Below, one piece after another: positions 61,900-64,000 of a DNA stretch of 64,000 bases. Positions within the stretch are counted from its first letter, which is position 1. Each line of letters opens with the position of its first letter. The stretch is from Haplodiscus bocki (lineage: Eukaryota): NCBI GenBank assembly GCA_965655095.1, contig OZ296649.1:46252001-46316000 (forward strand), read 5' to 3'. Position numbers and translations under genes: made by a program. The notes under the pieces were generated by a model. That model was given only the letters and a program-made list of their open reading frames with translations. It ran no database searches and was not told where the DNA came from.

Positions 61900-62045
61900 G
61901 AAAAAGGTTGGAAAATTACAATACGTTGAATTCAAGGGAGCAATGTCGAGTGATGAAAAAATTGAACTTGGAATTCCACAAAGATCAATTTTGGGCCCGA
62001 TCTTTTTACTTTTATGCATGATGTACTTGGATGAATTTGGCATAC
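61900..62045 (+). pseudogene. Non-LTR (CR1/L2-like) reverse transcriptase fragment
   Basis: QYVEFKGAMSSDEKIELGIPQRSILGPIFLLL matches the GVPQGSILGP motif region. Confidence 0.8.
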
Positions 62046-62295
62046 ACGACCTTACGTAAATTAAATCTCTCTACGTAAGCCAACGATAATTCATTTTCTT
62101 GCGTACCATTTGATAATACTGTGACAGTTCTAGGAAAATGATATGACAAAAGCTAGTCAACGGATGAGCTTTACTTGTACTTAAATAGAGGTATTTTTAG
62201 GTAAAAGTCATGTTATCAAAATAGAAACCTTCAGAAATCTACAAAAATTTGAGTCGAAAGGCTTCTATTTGAAACTGTAGATTAAAATCAGAGAA

Positions 62296-62415
62296 AATCA
62301 GCGGTGAAGCAGCGCTGTTCAGAGATTCTCAGTCAATGTGCAGCGCTGATTGAATTCTGATTTAGCGCTGAACAGCTCTGTTTGCTTATGAATAAGTTCT
62401 GAGCAGCGCTGATTT
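62296..62415. repeat. Cluster of CAGCGCTG palindromes (repeat fragment)
   Basis: Six perfect or near-perfect cagcgctg units in 120 bp. Confidence 0.7.
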
Positions 62416-62618
62416 CTCGTGAGACATTCATTTTAGGTATGTATAATACTAGCAGTTTTCATTGAGAAAAATTTGAACCTTACAATCACACCTACTTTGT
62501 ATGTTGTGAACTATCACGATGTGGTTGCTGCTTGCGTTATGGCAGACACGATTTAAGTGACAAGCCTCGTTTATTCTATTAAAATCATAAAATTAGACCT
62601 ATCAATACCTATGGTCTG

Positions 62619-64000
62619 TGTCGCAGCATGTTTGAGAAACCTGGTGAAGTGTTGCCAGAACAAAAGACATCCCAGTTCCCCCTACGAATTAGAATGAGAC
62701 TTAACAAAAGTTAAACTCTGTATTTATCCATAAGTTAAATGTTATCATGTAAATGATACGTAGTGTCCTCGTATTACTCTTTTGGCAAGGTGTTCATGTA
62801 AAGGATACGCAGTGTCAACGTATCACTTCTTGGTGAATGTCTTTTATGTAGTTGATTCGTATTATCTACGTATTTTTCCGGTGTATAGATCCAAATTAGG
62901 ACGGGAAACAAACGGATACTCACTTATTTTTCAACTCGCCTTTTTATATTTTAAAAGTGCTATTTTTATAATTAATTTATGTACTTATTAATTTAAATCC
63001 AATTTCTCAACAAATAGAGCAGCAGTTCAAAATGCAATTGACAATGTCAATTAGTTTGCTTAAAACAACTGCAATATATAGAGCGTGACTTTAGAAGTGA
63101 ATATTTGTTCCATACCTGTTCTGTCGCGACCAACCTGGTCACGTCACCTGAATTCAATCCAATCCACTGCGCTACTATGCTGTATCACTTTGGCCATTTA
63201 CGGAACGGTTCCGTAGCCACTCCTTTCATGCCTTTCAGCAGCACTGCAACGAGCAGTGCTACCAGCGAGTACGTAACTGTACCGGAACACATTGGTCAAA
63301 ATGAGGAACCAGCTAGTAGAAATGAGGAACGAGCTAGAAATCAACCTCATTGCGCTCACAAAGTGAATTCAAATCAACCGTAATATGATTGCATGTTTAT
63401 CTGAGCACGTAAGTATGAGTTCCTTGTACCTTTAATAATTGATTTGATGTTTTTTATTTTCGTTTTCCTCTTAAGTAAATCTTTTGATATGTTCTTCATT
63501 ATCATTTTTAATGTGCTTTTGCGGGATTAAACCCTTCGATTTCTATTTGTGACAGTTTAGGCCGGTACCTTCTCCGTCCGAGGAGGGAAAAGACGCGGCT
63601 TATGAAGGAAGAAAAGGAGGGAGAGGTGTTTATTTCCCGTCAAAGTCAGTATTTTTCCCTTTGTAGTTATTACGAATAAAGTACTTTTCCCTAGTCGTAC
63701 ATTGACTTGGCGTGTAAACAATTTTGTTTCTCGTCAAGTAAAAGGTATAAATGGAGAAACGAAAGTACTAGTGACATAGATATCAATATCAATATAATAA
63801 TAATTACTAATATTAGTAACAATAATTTTATTGGCATTGCCGAACGTTATTCCCTTCATGTAATGCAGTTAACTGTCAGTTAATTGGAGGCTTTTCCTCA
63901 ATTCAAAAAAGGCCATTTTTGTGTTGCACTCACACTCATGGATTCAATCTGAAATAACAAAAATATTTCAGTCTTCACCGCTGTTAATTGTTTTTCCTGC
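62619..64000 (+). mobile_element. LTR of the same family as 34038-35751, truncated by the window end
   Basis: Same TGTCGCAGCA start; shared blocks gtgctatttttata, agtgaatatttgttcc, aaagtacttttcccta, ttgacttggcgtgtaaacaatt and aaaaggtataaat. Confidence 0.85.

Noticed and set aside
34038-64000. The two LTRs as the ends of one ~30 kb retrotransposon
   Set aside because: The first LTR has its own TSD on both sides, the two are strongly diverged, and no matching gag-pol follows the first.

Overview
AT-rich eukaryotic, repeat-dense window. I found no host gene, rRNA, intact tRNA or CRISPR that I can support. About 63% of the window is three decayed Maverick/Polinton (polintovirus/adintovirus-type) elements. 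A (<1-6102) is the right arm only, with a pPolB carrying an EndoVII/HNH-type insert and a probable ACTACT terminus. B (12012-30186) is full length, with ~0.5 kb TIRs and a 6-bp TSD (CAAATA/CAAAAA); it encodes a VSR-insert pPolB on the minus strand and an ATPase-integrase-penton-core-MCP-protease block on the plus strand. C (40581-56591) is full length, with ~0.45 kb TIRs; it encodes protease, two tandem penton paralogues, ATPase, MCP, integrase and an A-type pPolB. All core genes are broken by stops and frameshifts. Between the elements are a 1.7 kb solo LTR (TG..CA, 5-bp TSD) containing the start of a gag-like ORF, a second LTR of that family at the window end, relics of BEL/Pao, copia and LINE elements, and non-autonomous repeats. 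The most interesting signals are non-coding arrays inside the Mavericks (an internal ACGCGT-centred ~30-bp array, a one-sided 28-bp subterminal array, and a TIR motif shared by two families), the duplicated penton, a Zn-finger-extended packaging ATPase, and unusual cargo genes. All protein calls come from manual translation and motif recognition, not database searches; pseudogene boundaries are approximate.
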